Source: Acanthaster planci (Eukaryota). Taken from it: 64,000 bases of DNA. Position 1 is the first letter of the stretch. The number at the start of each line of letters is the position of its first letter. Both the position numbers and the translations under genes were made by a program. This document shows positions 52,063 to 64,000 of the stretch, piece by piece. The notes under the pieces were generated by a model, which saw nothing but the letters and a program-made list of their open reading frames with translations, was not told the origin of the DNA and did no database searches. Location of the stretch: assembly GCF_001949145.1 (NCBI RefSeq), contig NW_019091358.1, forward strand, positions 3,630,569-3,694,568, written 5' to 3'.

Positions 52063-54192
52063 TTGTTTGCCTCTGTCCAAATCAATCATGCAAATAAGTT
52101 TGAGAAACTTTGATGAATGCAGCACCAGTACTTAGAATTTCTTCATCCCACCCATTGATTCCAGTCATGGATTCAGTTTGGGAAAAGGGTGAAAACTTAA
52201 GTACAAGATTGACAATCTGCCTTATCGCATGAAAAAAAAAATCGTCTGAAAGCCATGTTGCTTATTTGTTTCGATTGGAATGGAGCTAGTCACGGAAAGG
52301 GGTATCGTCATAAAAATGTGAATGGGAAGAACAGGAACATTTTGACGCTACTTGTACGAATGACAGTGTGGTACCTCAAGAACTGTTGCGAGGTGACAGC
52401 ATGTATTCAGTAGAAGTTTGGGAAATACTGTGTGGAGAAGCATTCTACAAACTGCGACTCTAATTGTATGGGGAGTTATGAGGTACTGCTACATTTGTCA
52501 GGACAAACAAGAAAAAATTTGAGATGAACTGGATCAGTATTATTCCACAAATAGAAAATGTGGTTTGATCTTAAACACTTGAAACGTAGAAATTCAGTTG
52601 TCCTAAAATGCTGCAATGTGTTCTCCTTGACTGAAAAAGAATCAAAGAAAATTCCTGAAAATTTAAAGGCAAGGAATATTTTGATCTTCGAATTTGGGAG
52701 CATGCTTTGTTTCCTCCAAGACCTGTCATTACATGGAAGGTCTTCCCAATCAAATAGTAGGTTTGTGTACATCTATGCTTGATCAAGATCTGAATCAGGG
52801 TGAAAGAATATTAAATGCTGATGTTTGAAACACTTGCCAAAGCACCCATACCTATTTACACACAAAGTGTGGACATTCCTTTGTTCTCCTGTGGTTGAGG
52901 AAACTTGAGGAAAATGCTCCTTTTTCTCCAACTGGGATGACTCGGAGCTGGATGTTTGATGATGATTCCCTGGACTGTTCCTCTTGTATTTTGCCACTGA
53001 TAACCTTGACCCCAAAATGCCTCTGACACTTTTTTTCAGAGAGGGGAAAACATTGTGTGGATGTGTGCGAGTCCACACAACGCCATCATACCCTACTTCT
53101 TTTGTGCAGAGGTCCACACTATGTATGCCATGTCATGTAATTAGAGGTAAAGGCCAGTTGCAGTTCATTTCATATTTCTGACATTAATCCTTTTTTTTTC
53201 TCCCAGCCATAAAGCAAACGTAATCATGGCACACAAAATTCGTCTTCAGGGCAGTGTTTTACTGTGTTAGTTTTTCCTCTACAATTTTGACTGTTGAATA
53301 TGAATTGGCCATTTATGTGGATAGCAATTTTTACCTCAAATTTCGTGCAAGATTGCTTAAAGGGAGTTTAGATTCCCTTAAAGGGCCTTTCTCAGGTAGC
53401 TTTTGTGATTTTAGACTCAATTTATTGGATCACTTCAATGTAATACAGACAGGTTGTATTTTTTCAGTGCAGTTATTTTTCCCATTGGTGATTTTGTATT
53501 GATTGTAAATTGACCAATCTTTTAAGCTGTTGACCATTTTTTTTCTCGCAGTGTAATATATTTGATACTCGATTAGAATTTGTGAAGCAAATAGAAAATA
53601 AATCTTCAGAAAATGAACTGTCTGTTGAGTTATCAACTTCAACGAGAAAGGAGGAAATGTACCACAGGAAATTATGAGGATGAGGCATTTGGGGGAAATA
53701 CATGAGCAATGGCTTAACTCAAAAACTGCAGCCATTAATTTTACACTGCACTTGACACTAAGTTGTTACCCAAAATTTATTTGTGGACTTGCTTTATGAA
53801 GCTATTTACAAAATGTATACATTATTTACATTTGGGAGTGTAATGATGCAGTTTGTTGAATAAAGCCATGGATAAGAATTTTGTGTGAAATAAATATGTG
53901 AACAACAAATGATTTTTACTGAACATGTTTATACACAAAAAAGTTAAGGACTGCTTTTTTGTGTATACTTTTTTTAAATGACACATTTTACTGTTGAAAA
54001 TGTGTGCTTGATATTTTGAAATTTAAAAAAAAAATTTATATTCTAATTAGAACACTATTTAGACATACTAAAACATGAAAGAACTGGACCCCACTCATTG
54101 CCTAGAAAAAAATTCCAAGTTAAGAAAAAAGCGGTCCCTAACTTTTTTGGGCTTTCCTAAACTGCAACAGCTGGAGGTGACTGCAAGGCATG

Positions 54193-55820
54193 TCAAGTCC
54201 TCTTATCGAATTCCACAACATCTTCTCCACTCTCGTTCTCCACTTTGTTATAAACCCATTTCCTGTTGCAGCGGCACTGCACCCCACATTTTGTGGAGGA
54301 GCACTGCTCACATGGATAGAAGCAGCCAGGGCACTTTACATTCAGGCAGTCACAGAGGTCTCGGTTGTCAGCCAACAGCAATCCTTTCTCATTGTACATG
54401 ACATGATTTCGGGATTTTTGCCTGAAAGTCGAATACACAGCAGTGAAGATAACTTTTAAACTGATACCTTTTTTCCACTGAAAGGTTAACACGTAAACTT
54501 GGAGTGGCATCTTAGATAGCTCCACTGCAACCCTGAACTTAAGGTAGAACCTGTCAGGTGTATGTCAACTCACGTAATACTTGTACTCTGAAAGGTTCGC
54601 CTTAGTTTCCTCATCTCTCGTTCACTGTTCTCTGGGTCAAAGGTGCTCATGTCAAATTGCCGCCTCCCAGGGTTTTTGAATTCCAGACTCTTGAGGAGCT
54701 TTTGTGCTGCCTGATATATGTGGAAAGTGGGAGAAAGGAGTTACTGGAGGGTACATGTAGGCATTTTACCTTAAAAATTTAGAAAGAAGGAACTGCTGAG
54801 TCAAGTACATTGGCCTAATGTTGTAAAATACAGCAGGTTGTAAATGACTCACTGGAAAAACTCATCAAGGACTTATCACAATTTTAAATCCCAGTAACTG
54901 GTACACTTCACTCTTTTCCAAAATTTGAGTTTGGTTGGTCATACTAGCATGACTAGCCAATGTAAACATGGTAAAAAACCATAAGAAAGGAGTACATCAC
55001 CCTGTTCGCTAATAGTAACTTAAAACAGCCTATGCAATAGGTGCCCAAATACCACTTAATCATTTTTGAACAAATATACACAACAGAATCTTTTTAATGA
55101 CACTCCGCTTTTGGAAAGAGCTCCATATACGTATGCCTCACCCTGTGTATAAACCCCATGTTATTGCTCTCAGATGGCTAATACTTGTAATACTATCCAG
55201 TTCGTAAGTGTGATATCACTTCAGTTTAAACCACGCCCACTGCACATGTGCACTGCACATAGAGTTACATGCAATGATTGCCATTTAGGTCGAACCATGG
55301 AACCGGAAGTTAACGCGCAACTTCAGCGATCGTCCAATGGGAGCCTGCTAATTGTGGTGTGTCTGCCTTTGTGATGAAGTCACTTATGAACCAGATAGGG
55401 CCTACTGTACTGGGAGGGAAAAATCTGTCATGTTGTGAACTGCGTCTAGTGTCCTTTGGCCCATGATTATGAATTCTTTCAAATGCATATCAAAAGTTTC
55501 ATGTGTGCACAGTACAGAATGTGGAGAGTTTACCAATAAAAGTGCAACGCGACACCAACTACACATGTATTATCTTAATATCGCAACTGGTGAAGGCAAA
55601 TTATAAATAACAGCATTACCTCGGGAAGTTTAGAGAAATCCTTTTGATCTTGAGTTACTGGTTCTTTAGCTGATGCTGCAACCGGCTCTTCATCTTCTTC
55701 GTCATCGTCATCGACAAGATTTATGATAATGTCTTCAGCACTGTCGGATAAAACTGGGAATGTCTTCTTTTCTTGCTTACGATTCATATCTAATTTGTTG
55801 GCTCTCATGGGCGCAGCCAT
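54193..55820 (-). CDS. ARL14EP: ARL14 effector protein family (ARF7EP C-terminal Cys-rich domain), 188 aa; exons 55820-55620, 54710-54574, 54421-54193
   Basis: Exon 2 reads LLKSLEFKNPG..FDPENSEREMRKL; exon 3 reads YNEKGLLLADNRDLCDCLNVKCPGCFYPCEQCSSTKCGVQCRCNRKWVY. This is the ARL14EP/ARL14EPL signature. GT-AG introns in phases 0 and 2; total 567 nt. Confidence 0.92.
55193..55398. mobile_element. MITE in ARL14EP intron 1
   Basis: Imperfect TIRs ctatccagttcgtaagtgtgatatcac / gtgatgaagtcacttatgaaccagatag; its left end recurs at about 19737-19785. Confidence 0.7.
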
Positions 55821-56110
55821 TTTGGATTTACAGAAAGTTTTTCAGGCTCGTTGGTAAAAGTAATCTCCAAAGAAGCTATCTAAAATAGAAAAAAATAAAA
55901 ATTTTAAATGAAATTGTGCAATTAAATCAGTATTATCTTTCAGTGTTCCTTTTATTACTTTAGATTTAAAAATATTTCTTGCTTTTCCAAAACCGGAATA
56001 AATTATAATTATTTCGTGTTTGAGCCATCCTGTAGTCCGGGTTTCACACGCTTAAAGACAGGGGCAAGAAGCCGGTCTCTGCCATTTTCGTTGGAGAAGT
56101 TACCAAAAAT
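55821..56110. promoter_or_regulatory. Putative bidirectional promoter between ARL14EP and ATP5F1A
   Basis: Only 290 bp separate the two divergent ATGs. YY1-like (A)AAATGGC motifs overlap the ARL14EP start and occur in reverse at 56081 (gccatttt); ETS-like accggaat at about 55992. Confidence 0.7.
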
Positions 56111-63328
<7,218 letters not shown>

Positions 63329-64000
63329 GAGGTCCCAAGATAAAAATGGCCTCCAACTATCCAACTTAAAAGCGCTTCAGAATTTATATAGTTTTGGCTG
63401 GTTTTGAAAGAGGGAGAGAGAAGACTGGATTTTTGTTATTAGTATCGAATGAGATTGAATTTGATTCAAGGGTAAGACAGTTGCTGCAGCCCAGTGTGTT
63501 TAGCCCTGTCTTATCTCCTTACCTTTAGGAGAGACTGCACTTGGATGAAATCGTTGATGTTGTGAAGCAGTTCTTAAAATATGAAGTTTTCATTTTGTAG
63601 GTTGTTCACACACACACTCACATACACTCACAGTCTTCAGCCAGCATCAGAAGTACTGTGCTATGGAATGGTTCAGTTCATGTTCACTGTAGTCCGGAAG
63701 TTTTCTATGATTTCATGGTTAGATCTATTAAACCTGTTTCTCAAATGTCATTCAGTAGGCTCCCCCCCCCAAAAAAAAAACCCGTAAAGCACAAGTGAAT
63801 ATAAATTGGCTTCAGGTTAGAATTTCCTTGAAATTAAAATGTCATTAGGCCTTTTGGTTATTTATGTAAGTAAAAGTGTTGGGCCTACATTACCCTTGAG
63901 CATCTGAAGAAAATTACTGCAATTTTTGAAGTGACAGATTCATGCCGAGTTTCATAATGACCTAACTAGTGGGGTTTTTTTAATCGTTCAAGAATGGATT

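Overview
Intron-rich, AT-rich animal genomic DNA. The gene content and repeat style suggest an invertebrate, possibly an echinoderm (inference only). Five spliced genes can be built by hand with GT-AG junctions and consistent phases. (1) The last two coding exons of a Wnt ligand, best matching WntA (+, 12204-24199; 5' exons lie upstream of the window). (2) ER SNARE USE1 (-, 7 coding exons, 262 aa). (3) An unnamed 246-aa protein with a HOP/STI1-type TPR clamp followed by two transmembrane helices (+, 7 exons). (4) ARL14EP (-, 3 exons, 188 aa). (5) Mitochondrial ATP synthase alpha ATP5F1A (+, 10 exons, 556 aa), head-to-head with ARL14EP. Introns and intergenic DNA contain many MITEs (Harbinger-, Kolobok-, piggyBac- and hAT-like ends), a tRNA-derived SINE, an RTE-LINE fragment and long palindromes. 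Best leads: the membrane-anchored TPR clamp protein (candidate Hsp70/90 receptor), a SIM-like acidic motif in ARL14EP, miR-124 seed sites in the putative WntA 3' UTR, and a possible antisense exon in the Wnt intron. No prokaryotic-type systems are present, and most short ORFs in the track are noise.
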